64,000 bases of DNA from the human T2T-CHM13v2.0 reference genome, Homo sapiens: the NCBI RefSeq assembly GCF_009914755.1, contig NC_060947.1; one strand, written 5' to 3'. The position numbers were made by a program, and so were the translations under genes. The notes under the pieces were generated by a model. That model had not been told where the DNA came from, did no database searches, and saw nothing but the letters and a program-made list of their open reading frames with translations. This document shows positions 1 through 15,500 of the stretch, one piece after another (positions within the stretch are counted from its first letter, which is position 1; each line of letters opens with the position of its first letter).

Positions 1-250
1 TAAAATATGTTTTGTTCTGGTCATGTGTATTTCAGTTCTGATTTTGAATGAGCAAATGTTTTCATTCCTTTAAAAAAGCTTTAATGTTTTCCTGGCCAGT
101 CTAAGTAAACTACTAAGGTGTAATTTTAATATCATTTTGAAAATATGTATTAAGGTTTCTGATGTTTTAAATAATAAAATTTGGGTTACTATTTCACTTG
201 AGAAAAATGACACTGTCGACCTTTGGTGTATATTTTTGTTTCTCCAATAG

Positions 251-394
251 GCTCTTTCAAGTGAGTCATTTGAGAGACTTCCAGTTTTTAATAAGTCCGC
301 ATGGCGCCATTACAAGACCACGCCTGAAGCCGATGATTGGAGCAATCCCAGCAGTGAACCCAGGGATGCTTCAAAATACAAAGCAAAACAGTAA
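251..394 (+). CDS. PDK3: PDK3 last shared coding exon; short isoform C-terminus ALSSESFERLPVFNKSAWRHYKTTPEADDWSNPSSEPRDASKYKAKQ*
   Basis: Pyrimidine tract and AG at 249-250, then 47 codons and TAA at 392-394. The translation matches the PDK C-terminal tail (ALSxESxERLPVxNKxAW...DDW, the DW motif), recognised as PDK3. It is missing from the ORF track because the exon has no start codon. Confidence 0.96.
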   Translation, partial: ALSSESFERLPVFNKSAWRHYKTTPEADDWSNPSSEPRDASKYKAKQ

Positions 395-436
395 TATACC
401 ACCTTGATTTCCATTACAAAGTATCTGATTTGTCTG

Positions 437-442
437 AATAAA
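437..442 (+). terminator. PDK3: Proximal poly(A) signal AATAAA for the short PDK3 isoform
   Basis: AATAAA begins 43 nt after the TAA stop. The cleavage site cannot be fixed from sequence alone. Confidence 0.7.
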
Positions 443-621
443 GGTGTCCCACTCACTGTTCCAGGAATTCTTGCAGTGTAGAGGTATTCACAACAGCAAG
501 CAGGGATTTGGCCTGCCATCAATTTTATTTAAAAAGCAATTAAGTTTGCAGTTTGTCCTCATAAACGTTGTAGGTTGAAACTGAAAAATAAGTTAAAATG
601 ATCAATCAAGATAAAAGGTGA

Positions 622-1335
622 TCTATCCATCCAATGGAATATTATTTGGCCTTAAAAAGGAAGGACATTCTGATATGTGCTGCAACATGGGTGAATCTTG
701 AAGTCATTATGCTAAGTGAAATAAACCAGACATAAAAGGACAAATACTATGATTCCACTTATGTGAAGTACCTAGAGTAGTCAAATGCAGAGACACAAAG
801 TGGAAGGGAGGTTGCCAGGGGCTAGCGACGAAGATGGAATGGGGAGGCATTGTTTCATGGGTACAAAGTTTCAGGTGGAAAGATGAAAAACTTCTGGAGA
901 TGGATGGTGGTGATGCTTGCACAACAGCGTGAATGTACTCAATGCCACTGAACTGTACATGTAGCAATGGTTAAGATGGTAAGTTCTGGGCTGGGTGTGG
1001 TGGCTCACGCCTGTAATCCCAACACTTTGGGAGGCTGAGGCTGGATGATCTCTTGAAGCCAGGAGTTCAAGACCAGCCTAGGCAACATAGTGAGACCTCT
1101 GTCTCAGCAAAAAATTTAAAAAGGTAAAATTAGCCGTGTGTGGTGGTGTGGGTCTGTAGTCCTAGCTACTCAGGAAGCTGAGGCGGGAGGATCACTTGAG
1201 CCCAGGACTTCCAGGCTGTAGTGAGCTATGATTCGCACCACTGCACACCAGCCTGGGGGACAGAATAAGACCGTGTCTCAAATAAGAAAAAGGTGGTAAG
1301 TTCTATGTTATGTATAGCTTATCACAATAAAAAAT
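622..1335 (+). mobile_element. L1M (L1MB-like) 3' end, interrupted by an Alu
   Basis: atggaatattatt...atgctaagtgaaataaaccag...ggacaaatactatgattccactt...gatggatggtggtgatg...cacaataaaaaa. Confidence 0.8.
989..1291 (+). mobile_element. Alu (AluJ-like)
   Basis: Full dimer; TSD (a/g)tggtaagttct. Confidence 0.95.
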
Positions 1336-1525
1336 GTTAACATTATAAAGGAAAAGTTATCAATCACAGAACAAGTTTCACTGTTTTATGGTAATAAGGA
1401 AAATAATCTGTAGTTTTCTTCTGACTATGTACCCTTAAGCTTCAACTCTACTAGCAACAGTGGGGTTCTGCTTCATTTAACTTAAAATAATCCTGTATTA
1501 ACAAAAAAGCAGTATATGTGCATTA

Positions 1526-1933
<408 letters not shown>

Positions 1934-2078
1934 CTATAGCTTCGTGTATATTCTTCCAGATATTTTGCCATTTGTGTATATATGTATTTTTTTTGCAAAT
2001 GAGATTACACTATTCATACTATTTTACAACCTGCTTTTGTTTCATTTAACCATCCCATCTTTCCATGTCAATGATCAT

Positions 2079-2224
2079 TCACTGCAACCTCTGCCTCCTG
2101 GCTTCAAGTGATTCTCATTCCTCAGCCACCTGAGTAGCTGGGATTACAGGCGTGGGCCACCATGCCTGGCTAATTTTTATATTTTTAGTAGAGACAGGGT
2201 TTTGCCATGTTGTCCATGCTGGTC
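2079..2224 (-). mobile_element. Internal Alu fragment, antisense, fused to a + strand poly(A)
   Basis: tcactgcaacctctgcctcc...gctggtc directly followed by an A-run. Confidence 0.9.
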
Positions 2225-2379
2225 AAAAAAAAAAAAAAGAAAGAAAAGAAGGAAGGAAAGGAAGGAAAAGAAGGAAGGAAAGGAAGGAAAAGAAGGAAAG
2301 GAAGAAAGGAAGGAAGGAAAGGGAGGGGGAAGGGGAAGGGAGGGGAGGGGAGGGAAGGGAAGGAAAGGAAAGGAAAGAG
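2225..2379 (+). repeat. Polypurine tract: A15 then (GGAA/GAAA/GGGA)n
   Basis: About 155 nt with no pyrimidines. Confidence 0.95.
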
Positions 2380-3425
2380 CTAATGGAGCATTTTTTGCTA
2401 GAATATCCATAAACACTGTTGCAGAATTACACTGAGACCCATGACATCTCATTGACCCACCATTAGTGATGTTATGATTGAGCATAGTTTAGGTGATGGC
2501 TGTCTGATCCCTCTGAGTTATAGTTATTTTTCCCTTTTTCACTAGAAAATAATCTGTGTGGTGTTATTTTGGCACTATGCAAATGTATACTTACCCATCA
2601 GCTGTTCACCTAATGGTTTTTACCCCAATTGATCATTTCGGCCTGTGTTAAAATTAACACAGTAATTTTATTTGGGTTTATAAAAGAATGTTTTTTTTTT
2701 AAATCATTCCTTTGTCAATTATTCTCCTATAAAGTAAAGCTCTTCCTCATCAAATAAGGCCATTTAGGTATTTTGAAGTACAGTTCCTCTGGTAACTGTT
2801 TAACTCCTTCCTTTTAAATTTAAAGGGACAATTAAATTCCCTTCAAGTTACCAATTTTCCAGGTAAGAAATATGTTAAAAGCCACCTTAAATGGTTAACA
2901 AATGAGTTTATGGCTTTGTCTTTTTTAGTGTTATAGTAGATTTTGTTACTTTGATATGTTTTAATTGGCACTTATTTTATTGAAGCATAACATATAGTAA
3001 TAGTAAAGTGCACACATCTTAAGTTTACAGCTTTTTTTTTTACATCTATATTTCCTCTACCCACAAAGACTCCTTTCTAGTCAAACACTTGTCCCTCCCT
3101 CCTCCACCATATAATTGCTTTTCTAACTCTATCACCATAGGTTCTCTTCTTGAATTTACAAGGAACACATAGTCTATACTCTTTTTGTGTCTGGCTTTAT
3201 GTGAGATTCATCCATGTTATTGCATGTAACAGTCATTTTCCTTTTTGATGCTTGAATTGACATACCTTTGGCCAATGAGAGCTATTTCCAGCTGGATCCT
3301 TAGTGTTCTATTGCCAAAACTCATTAATCTTTGAAAGCTTTTCTTGCCCAAGATGATATCCTAGATTCATCTTATACCTTCTGTGCCTGTGTCCTAGAAT
3401 CAACTGTTTCCCTCAAGGAGTCTTG

Positions 3426-3456
<31 letters not shown>

Positions 3457-3754
3457 TTGAGACAGAGTCTCACTCTGTCACCCAGGTTGGAGTGCAGTGG
3501 CGCAATCTCAGCTCACTGCAGCTCTACCTCCTGGGTTCAAGCGATTCTCATGTCTCAGCCTCCCAAGTAGCTGGGACTACAGGCATGAGCCACCACGCCT
3601 GGCTATTTTTTTTTTTTTTTTTTTTTGTATTTTTAGTAGAGTTGGGGTTTCGCCATGTTGGCCAGGCTGGTCTCGAACTCCTGACCTCAGGTGATCTGCC
3701 TGCCTTGGCCTCCCAAAGTGCTGGGATTACAGGCATAAGCCACTGCACCCAGCC
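3426..3754 (-). mobile_element. Alu (AluS-like)
   Basis: Poly(T) head, full dimer, expanded middle T-run. Confidence 0.95.
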
Positions 3755-4761
3755 CTGTTTCTTTTTAATCAGTATTAGAGATGCTAATCTGATAATTGGG
3801 GATGCTTGTTATACCTTTTTTAGGCCCTTTTCCTTGACAGACAGAGCTATAAAATATAGCTATATTTAAAATATATTTTAAATCATAAGTTCATATTGAT
3901 ATTTTATTCTATTTTAACATTGTAATGTTTCTCCCCAATATATTTTAATTGTATATATTTCTTATTATCCTGAAAACCTTGATTTTTAACATCTTTAACA
4001 CAATGCAACAGAAAGATATTTGTACACAAATACAGTTTATATAGCTTTGCAGTATTGTACCATTTAGTAGCATTGGTCTTCTCTGACAAGTGTTATAAAT
4101 GATATCCATATGGATGTTTATTTTTTTCTATGGAAGTGTCATGGTGGACTGCTACGCAATATTGCTGGACTGGCCACTCATCTCAAATGATGAAGTTTAG
4201 AGAAGTTTGGTTTGTGGAAACAAACATACTTACTCTCACCATTCCCAGCCAAGTTTAAGCTAAATCAGCTTGAAATACCTGGATCATATCAATTTCTGTT
4301 GATTCCATTTTCAGTCTGTATGTAAGTCAAATAGAATGTTGAGCATCGATGTGACCAGTTGATTCAAACTGCTCAAACTATTGCTCTGATATGTGGAGTA
4401 ATTTGAGTAGTGCAGAAGCCATCTTTAGAAAAAGGTTTGGTTGTAAAAAGGTGGCTTTAATTGAATATTATTTTAAAGGCAATTTTTAAACTAAGGTTTA
4501 AACTAAGGTTTAAATTTTAAACTGAAGGTTGTATGCTGATTATTAGTCTTAACTTCTAATATATTATTAGGTGAACAAATTTAAGCAGAAAGCAGTTCTT
4601 AAAATTTTAAAATGCTTAGCCTGACAGTTAAAATTGTTAAACTATACAAATAATCGGTAGAGATTTGGGGAAAGACTTTAGTAAGTATGGTAAATTCACT
4701 AGGTATTTATACATGAGAGGTTCTAAGAAAATTTATTTTCAAAACAGTTTCTAAGTGAGAG

Positions 4762-5235
<474 letters not shown>

Positions 5236-5455
5236 TTCTAACCAGAGTTTTCACTGACAGTAAAGAACCGTTTTAAAGTATATATAAGTAATTAAATGGT
5301 CATTCTATTTCTGTAGTAATTGTAGAAAATAATTCTGAGATATGGCAAGGGTTTTTGAATTATCACTATAATGAAATACTCTAAAAGTCCTGGTCAAAAC
5401 AGAGGAGGTTGTACTCACAAACTCACTATGGATATTCTCATTATTTTCTTTGTAG

Positions 5456-5486
5456 AGACAAGATCAAGACTAATAGAACTTTCTAG
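5456..5486 (+). CDS. PDK3: PDK3 alternative terminal coding exon adding (Q)DKIKTNRTF*
   Basis: Acceptor ttattttctttgtag (AG 5454-5455). Donor CA|gtaata at 390/391 joins A to restore Gln, then GAC AAG ATC AAG ACT AAT AGA ACT TTC TAG. This matches my recollection of the longer PDK3 isoform's C-terminus. Confidence 0.9.
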
Positions 5487-7210
5487 AGGACTGAATGCTG
5501 TGGTCCTCTCTGTGAAGAAAGATTGCCTTCTGCAAGTCAAACAGAGAGAACTGCTTTCTCCCACCTGCTCTGAGCGTGGCATCACAGTTATTCCTAGTGC
5601 TTAAATGTGTATTTTCTCTCTACCACCTGGACTTTCCCAAAGAGTTTTTCCTGTAGCTACTCCAGATCTTCCACTAAAGTAGTAACTTTTTAATGACATC
5701 TTGCTGTGGTGTGATTGATGCCTGTCACCGAAGAGCACAGAGCCTCCTTACAGCTCTTGTGCCCTCGTACTCTCCATCTTGTTATCATAGCATCTGATGT
5801 CTTCAGTCCTTCCAGGATTCTGTGCGCCTTTCCCATTCCAGATACAGCAGATCGTACTGTTGCTCCTTGTGACCAAATACCATATTTGTCCCAAACCTCC
5901 ACCTAGGGCCCTGGGACCCTGAAAGTGGAAGACATCAGGTGGCCATGCCCTGATGATTTAGTCCCAGAGCCCTCCGTCTCTCCCGTGCCTCCCTCCGCCA
6001 CTCTATGATTTAGACTTTTGCCTTCTTCCATCTGATCGGATTCTCATTGTGAGATGTGGTGACTTTCATGTTAGATCTTCTTCATTGATGCCTTGGTTTT
6101 ATTTTAAAATTCATTTGTATATGTCTGTTGATTAAAGCATTCGAAATGTTATCTTAGAATTTTTCACCCAACTGCTTGGTTTCAAAGATCTTAAGTGAAA
6201 AACTGCCTCCTGGTCAATACCAAATTTGTACAGAGTGTGAAGTGGAGTTTTTATGCTTCTGTCAAACTTCCATCCATCTAATACTGTACCTGTGTCATAT
6301 TTTATTCCTTTGTAGTCTTCTAAGGAATTGGAAGTTTCTGTATGATGCGCTTTACTAGTTGTAAAATAGACTATCTGAGGGAAAAGGCCTCTCTAGTTTA
6401 TTTTTGAAAAATGCTCCAGGTCTTAATAATTTTCATTTTCATTCATCTTAGTTTTAGAATTGTCAGCTCAGTCTGATTTTCACAATCCTTTTTGCTAAAA
6501 GTTGGAAGTGGGAATTAGCAGACGATTTGGGATAAGGAAAGAGGAATGATGTTATATTTACCCTTAGGAATAGAAGTGACCGAAGAATCCGGATTGAAAC
6601 CAGCATCCTATATACAGCTCCACAGGATGTGCTTCTCTTCATGGTAATTTTCCATATATATCATCTACTTTGATTTCTGCCCCGTTTTAATGTCCATATA
6701 AATGTTTCAGTCCAATTTGTAAGTGTTGAGTCCACTGATGTAGAAGTTCTGACTTGTAAACCATTCATCCTGCTTTAGTCATATGATAGTACCGATGCAA
6801 TTAGCTCCTCTCCCACCACCGTGGGGGATTTCTCCCTGAGATGAGGTGTGCTTTGACCAGCTGCATGTGGCTTGATTGCATTCCTGTTTCTCTTAGTTCC
6901 ACTGGATCTTGTTTTCTTTTATTTCGTTATATTACCTGAGCTCAGGGTAGTTCCATTCATCTTTAGAAAGAGCTCATCTCTTCCATCCTTAGAAGGATCT
7001 CATCAGAGAACTCATATGTAATCAATCAGGTAAAAGAAATACTGATGTACTTCTGAGAGACTGGTGAGAGGTGGGTCATAGGAAGCCCATAGGTCTGAGG
7101 ACCGAGTCAGTGTCTTGGGGATGGGGCTGTTCCATATGATTATTTTTGTGTGGCATAAAAGATGTAAAAAAAAAAAAAATGGTCCTTTACATGCAAAGAC
7201 CCTAGCTTCC

Positions 7211-7505
<295 letters not shown>

Positions 7506-9084
7506 CGACCCTAGCTTCCTTATAAACATGAGATAATATCTTCCTAGGCCTCAATTTCCAACGATACTCCTTTATGCTTTCAAGTGTGATACACTGTAGG
7601 AGAGAGGAGGCAGCAGTTTAGGGGGTGCTGCCTACTGCCTGACTCTGACAGCGTTTCTCTTGTTTGAGGAAGGCCCATCGATCACCACATCCTCACAAGC
7701 AGTACCATGTAAGGGGCCGAATATGGATAATATGGTGTAGAAAAATCTCATCACATTCTTCCCTTTACAAGTGTTTTTCAAAAGTAAAGATTGATTTCAG
7801 TGTCTTCATGACTTAATCGGTAGTTCTTTACTAGCACGCTTTTTGGCTTACTCACATCCATCTGACCCCAGTACAACCTTGCTTCTCCTGTCTTTGTTTT
7901 CTTCATTAAGAATTTATCTTTAACCCTAAAGCAACTGCAAGAAGAGTTTCAGGAACATCTGTGTTCTTCTGGCTTACTAGCCTCTTTACCCAAGTATTCA
8001 TTTATCCTGTTTGTCAACTGTACATGATTCTTTTAATTTAGGCAGAGAATCTGGCTGTTTACTGGGTTTGCCTATAAGCAAATGGTCAGATTTCCCCCAT
8101 ATAGGTTGTAACACAAATAGACATGGACCCTTTTTCAGCTAAATTCTTTCCCATTCCTCTGTACTGCTCTTTCATTTACTCTATTTTATTTTAAGTGGGG
8201 ACTGTGTCTATTTAAAATAGTGCCTGACACATAGTAGGTGCTTAATAAACAATGTTAATAAATAATATTAAAATAATGAATAATATTCATAAATAGTAGG
8301 TGAATCAAAGATAGAAAACTGTCAGACATTTTCCTTGGGTGGTAGGGCAACATCTTTCTAAGTTCTTAAACCATCCTTGTCTCTAAATTAAAAATATGGA
8401 AGTTCAAGTCAGGAGCTGTGAAAGTGCTGAATTTCCTTTTTATAGTGCTAAGAGATGACTTTAAAATGTAGAGAAATGCAAGGAAGTGGAGGGATAGATC
8501 CGCAGGAGCCATCTCTTCCTTTTTTTGTCTCTGAATATCTGATTTTGGCTCCTGAATACAGAATTCTTTCCATCCAAACAGTGTGACATAGTTTTACAGC
8601 CTTGTGTATAGATTCCAAAGACCTTTTGCATACAGCATGCCATTTGATCCTTACAATGCCATGAGCTGGACTACACAGGTATATCGGTTTTTTGTATGAA
8701 TCCCAAAGCAATTAAGGAGTTTGCCAAGGTGGCATGGTAAGTCAATGGAAGGGCCAAAGCAAGCACTTGGGTGCTTGGAACAGTACGCCAGGTGATTTGT
8801 ATTATCTCTTTTGAGGAATTTCTTCAGTATACTATTCCTCAAAGGGTAAGCTCTAAACCCCAAATTATCTGTAGAGCAAGTTAATTCCGTTCAGGAGAGG
8901 GTTTCTTTTGTGTGTTTCCATTTTGGCATAGTTAGAGGAGATAATCAGATGGATTTGGCAGCTTTTACCAAAAATGACAGGCAACTTAAAGTGGATAGCT
9001 GTAGGTAATTACTAGAGTTATTTAGACTTAATTCTGTGTCTGAATGAATTCAGTGCTTACTGCCAGCCCTTTCATACAAAGACT

Positions 9085-10072
<988 letters not shown>

Positions 10073-12039
10073 TGAGCTCATTATGTTGTCCTCTTTGATT
10101 GCGTATTTCTTCCAGTGCTGAACAATTTTGTCTACAGTTTTAGTGGTTTATGAGCTCATTCTTTTTCTAGAGTGTATTTATCTATCCTTTGCATCTTTCA
10201 TTCCTTTTCTTGTATTGTTTTGCTTTTATCTTGATGCACAAGTATCATGATGACCCCTTCTGCTTATTATTTATCTTTGCATGGTACCAGTTTTACCTGT
10301 CCAAGAAGAGTGTGGGTAAATCCTCCTTGACTCCTTCTCTTTTGAGCGAGACATGTTTGAAGGATAACCTTAGCACTTGAACCCTAAGGCTAGCTCTTGA
10401 TGGGTTGTAGTGGTGGAGGGTGTTTTTGGTTTTCATTCTGTTTGGATTTGGGGGAATAAGGAGTGACACGAAGCCTCCTTGGAACATGTTGTCTGTGAGT
10501 GCCTTCCATAGACACTGTTGAATCCTCTGCCCTGGGGGTGGCCGGGTCCCATTGGGAGACAGATCCTCTTTGCATTTCCCCATTCCCACTAGTCGTCATC
10601 CTAGCAGGAACATGGTGGGTTTGTACTTCTGCCCTCCTGGATTCCATGTAGCCCACATTTGTGAGATCGGCTCCAGAGTTGGTTTCTCTCCTCTGGTCCT
10701 GCTTCTCGCCGCTCTTCCTCTTTTGGATACCGGAGGGGATGAACACACATGGTTCATCTGAGATCTCAACCGCCTGTCCTCGTTTTTCTGGAAACATGCA
10801 CGCGCAGAGTGTGCCCAGCTTCTCCCGACTGTTGCCAGTCCTGTTTTGCCAAGTTAACAAATGATCAGTAGAGTCTTGGGAATCTTCTCATTAACTGCCC
10901 AGCAGTTGTGGCTGCTGGAGACTCGGAGAAATGCCTGGCAAATGCAAGAACTCTTCTTCGATTCATCCCCAACTTGGTTGTATCTGTCAGACATTGCCCT
11001 GGAGTCCGTGGTATGGAGTTGTAGCTTTTACTAGTTTCATTATAGACAGCTTGTTGTTCAACTTTTGGATGTGTGGGTCAGAGGGCAGGAGCACTTATAT
11101 AAACATGCATTTATTCTGCCATCTTTTCAGCAGTCCAGATGCTTAAACATTGACTTTGAAGCTAATGTCCTTCATAATCTACATTTGAGCAAACAGAAGG
11201 AAGCAATATTGCCAGCAAGAAAGGACGATTAACTTAATCAATACGGGATTTTTGTTTACTGTTCTGTGTGGAAAGATAACTTTTAAGTCAAGTTCCTGTC
11301 TCATTGATTAGAGATATCAGTACCTTCTGGTTTGAAAATAGAGGACATATGACATTTTAATGAACTTAAGTTATCAGCCATTGACAATTATTAGTTAGCT
11401 GATTAAATATGATAGAATACTCCAAACTAGCACATCACCAGAGTTACCAAGAGACGCCTAAGCTCTTCTTTATGAACAGGTTGTTGGTGGAGCTGTGCCA
11501 CTGAGGGGGTTAACATCTCTGACACCTTAACTGTGCCACAGGTTTTCTTACCTGTCTTTTCAATCAACCCATTTTAAAATTTAGTTCATCAAGAAAGAGA
11601 AAGGTGTTAAGTCTTCATCAGGATTCCTTTTGGTTTCTCATGAATACATATTCACATGGTTTGGAGACCTGGAGCCCACCACCAAAGCACACTGAGTTAA
11701 TGTTTTGAAAGTGCATTTGTAGGTAGATCCTGGGGCTGGGGTTTTATTTGGCCTGTTTGTAGAATTGAAGCCTCTTTGCCTCAGTGGTCAGCACATCCCA
11801 CCAGACATCCGGCAGCAAGCTTTCGTCACCTTCAGAGCTCTAGCATAATGATAAAGGAGCACTAGTGACAGCCTTGCTGTATGCACCAAGCTCCACCCTG
11901 GGCAGTGCCTTTCCCTAATGTCTGTCCTGGTGTGAAATGGAGACTTGAAGACCGGTACCCACATGTAAGAGAGGTTAACGAAGGGAGGGTGGCAGAGAGA
12001 GGAGTCATGTGAAGGAAAGCTACCTTTAGTCCTCCATCG

Positions 12040-12250
12040 CAATACTGTCCAGTGTCTCCAGCGTGCTAGAAACTGTGCTGAATGCTGGGCACATGGCAGG
12101 GGTCAAAGCAGACAGAAATCCCTGCCTCATGAACCCACTTTCTATTAGGGGAGACAGACTAGAAACACAAAAAGGACATTGAATAGTACGATTGAGAGAT
12201 GAGTGCTATGGAGAAAAATCCAGCCAGAAAGGGAGATGCAGAAGATAGCA
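12040..12250 (-). mobile_element. L2 3' fragment
   Basis: aaactgtgctgaatgctggg...gacagaaatccctgcctcatg...ggggagacagac. Confidence 0.55.
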
Positions 12251-12402
12251 CCAGATCTTCTCAATGTTGTTTTCATCACGGACAGGTGCGTTCCTTAGAA
12301 GATGAAGTGTTAGTGATTCCTGAGTTTTTCTCACCTTCACGTCGATTGATCTGAATTTGGAGAGTCTGTTTTCTGTGTCTGGCTCTGCACTCAACTTTGT
12401 AG

Positions 12403-12508
12403 GGGACCCTGTCGAGGTCCCCACACTGTGGCTTCAGGTAGACAGAGCAGATGGGAGCCCATTTCAGTTCATTGTCTTGCTGACCAATGGGGAACTGTGG
12501 TCAGGTGA
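12403..12508 (+). CDS. Candidate third PDK3 terminal exon encoding (Q)GPCRGPHTVASGRQSRWEPISVHCLADQWGTVVR*
   Basis: Pyrimidine-rich tract ending ...tcaactttgtAG (12401-12402). In frame with the PDK3 donor at 390/391, with TGA at 12506-12508. Prediction only. Confidence 0.35.
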
Positions 12509-15500
12509 GAGGAGGCAGCTTTTACAATCAGACTTCATTGAATAGTGTGGGCTGCTGTTTCCTTGTAACAAAACCCCATAATGATGGCAGTTTCCGGATG
12601 TGTCTTTTTAGGACTTCAGAACTTATTATTTGAATAGAAGTTTAAAGCATCTGGATGATGATGCTGTAGCTAAAACAGCTGCTTGTCAGAAGAGACCCTA
12701 TTTAACACTTCTAAACTTGTTTCAGAGGTGGAGGAAAGGATAATCTGGGAAGGCCTCCCTCTCAAGTCCACAGGTTGGTATCAGCTGTGTTCATCCCCCA
12801 AAAGGAAAATAAAATGACAACAATATTTTGGTCACAGAATTCCTGAGAAACCTCTGTTTCTATCTTCATGTCTTTAAGATAGGGACATGAATTCCCCATG
12901 ATCTGGGTGATAGGGTTAGGGTGGCCAGGACACTGTTACTTTGTGTGTGACACAGGTGGCTCCTCATGACAGTTCCTCCATGCCTTAGAACATGTTGTCT
13001 GTCTGGTCATCCCTGGGGGTAGAGCTGAGTGACCCAGCAGTGGGAGATTTAACAACTGGAGAAGAAGATGGGATGTGTTTAATTATCCCCAGAGGTAGGG
13101 CCAATTTGTCACCCTTTAAATAGACTTATTTGCATATAAACTAAAGCACCTTAGGGCATCATTACCGAAAGTGTCTAAGCAAATGTCTGATATAGTTACG
13201 TGCCTGCATTAAAAGAAAGCAGCCCCCTTATCTTGCCTTAATATCCTTACAGTGTTTTAATAAGTTCATAATGCATCCTGTATGTGCATTTTTTGGTATA
13301 AAACACCAAAAGGTGGAGAATTGACTTCAGTTCTCTCCATCCTTTCCCCTTAAGTGTTGGTGGCGCTGCAGGGGCAACGTGCCTCCCATTGGAAGTGGTG
13401 ACTTCCTCTTTGATAGAGGTTTGCCTGTCTCTTGAAAATGAAAAGAAGCGGAGATTGATCTCTGGAGTCCCATGGTCCAGTTTGGACTATTGGGAATATT
13501 TTTTATGGGATGTTAAAAACAATATTAGAGACGTGAGATAGTAAATTTGTGGTAATACCGGATCCAGGAAGCTTACAGTGAAGAGTATGAACTTAACCTG
13601 AAAAGTATTTCTCTGTTCTATAAATCTCTCAGTGACATTTGGATTAATCAAGCATAATTAAATGTAGTTAGATTTTTGTCAGATTGTAGTTCAAAATAAT
13701 ATTCATCTATGGAGAGGGTAATATATTATGTAGAAATTTTATTAAGCACTTTAGTTAAGCAAACACTAAGGAGAACAAAATCAACCTCAGGAAGGTTAAT
13801 TACTAAAAAAATCACAAAGTATAGTAGATTATGTAAATCATTTTAATTTTGAATACCATGGCTTGAGCTTTAATTTACATAGAGACGTATTTTGGATTTG
13901 TTTTTCACATTATATTTTCTAGTACAGGATTGCAATTGCATTCTTGAAAAGTTCTACTCATTTTAGGATTCCATTAAGTTTGCTTAACTTTTTTCATGTT
14001 ATAATTTCCAAAAGCAAAGAATTACAATTGTATTCTAGCTAATTATTTTAATGTTTCACTAACTTTGTGTGTATTGTAAGACCATATTTTTATTTCTATA
14101 CAAATGATGATTTTAAGAGAAGTATCAGGAGAGAGAATGTATATGAAAGCATCGCGTCCACGCCTGGCTTTGCAATAAGTGTTCATTTAAAAGAAAGACA
14201 TTTACAAAGGTAAAACATAAGAGTTTAGACTATAGCGATAAATCTTTTTATTTTAGTAATTTCTTTAAAGGGAAAAGTAAAGAGATCAAAATGATTTTAT
14301 ATGTATTTTTTTTGTACTCAGAGAATTACATTTTCACTACCCCCGCCTGTCTCAGGGAATAGCCTTTGATAAGAATCCCATGGAGATCTCTGGAACTCTA
14401 TTACAGTGTGTTCAGATTTGTTAGTTCATATGTAAATTTCAGAGCTAGAGCTTCAAAACTAGAGTATTGTAATCTCAGGAACATAAGATTATCCAAGAAG
14501 CCTGAACCTTGCTCTTTTCATGATAAATGACATCCAAATTTCCTTTGTCTAGGAGATAAGCATAGATCCCTTTTATCATGCTTCTCTGAGATTTTCACAG
14601 AAAAACCCTGCAATTTGATTTTGTTTGATAATTTTGCTTTTTGGCTTTTCAGTGAGGACTCTATTTTCCATTGGAACTGACTCCTTTGGGGATAATAAGC
14701 TTTCACTTAAAAGAACATTCCATTAGATAGTTCTAACTTCAATGAACCTAAAAGTGGCTTCTTAATTTGAATAATCTGGATAACTTTTGCAAATGGGTCA
14801 AAACAGCACAAGTATCAACAATCACGTATGTACTGAGTAATATTTGCCCTCCAGTTAGCAAAGTCAAGAAATGTCTAACTCTGGCACACAGCACTGGTTT
14901 TAACTACTCTTTAGTTCATCTTTGCCTTCCAAATTGGTTGAAAATGGCAAGCTTAGAATGGAATGCATATTAATAACAGAACCACTTAATGTTTTAAAAT
15001 ATTCATACCTTGAAATTCTTTTTGAGAGAAAAAAGAAATCTTAACATCCAATTCTAGTTGTTTTGGCTTTTCACATATGCTAGACATGAAAAAGGCAGTT
15101 ACAAAAGTGAAATCCGATTGGAAGTCAGTGGTGTCCGCCATTGAGCCGTGCTAAATGTCGTGTCACAAAAGGAGTTTGTGAAAACAGGATGAGTAGAAAA
15201 TGTTATACTGTTGTTTCTATCGTGGCACCGCTTTCTTATAAATTCCATTTGCTTTTTGTCATCTGAACTGTTACAACCATGGGAAACCTCAGTCCATATT
15301 TTTAAAAGCACTATATACTTACAGGAAAAACCGACTTATGCCTTCATTGAAAAAATGTTGAAGTTAATATCCCAAATGTTTAATGAGCATGTTTTAGAAT
15401 ATTTACAGCTAAAGTCTGTCACTTTAGGGATTTGACAAAACTTGAGACTGCCTGCCACCGAAGAGGGACCAGGCAGAATCTTCTCAGCCTTGTAACCAGC

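Noticed and set aside
198-407. 69-aa ORF over the PDK3 exon
   Set aside because: Wrong frame; the real exon frame starts at 251.
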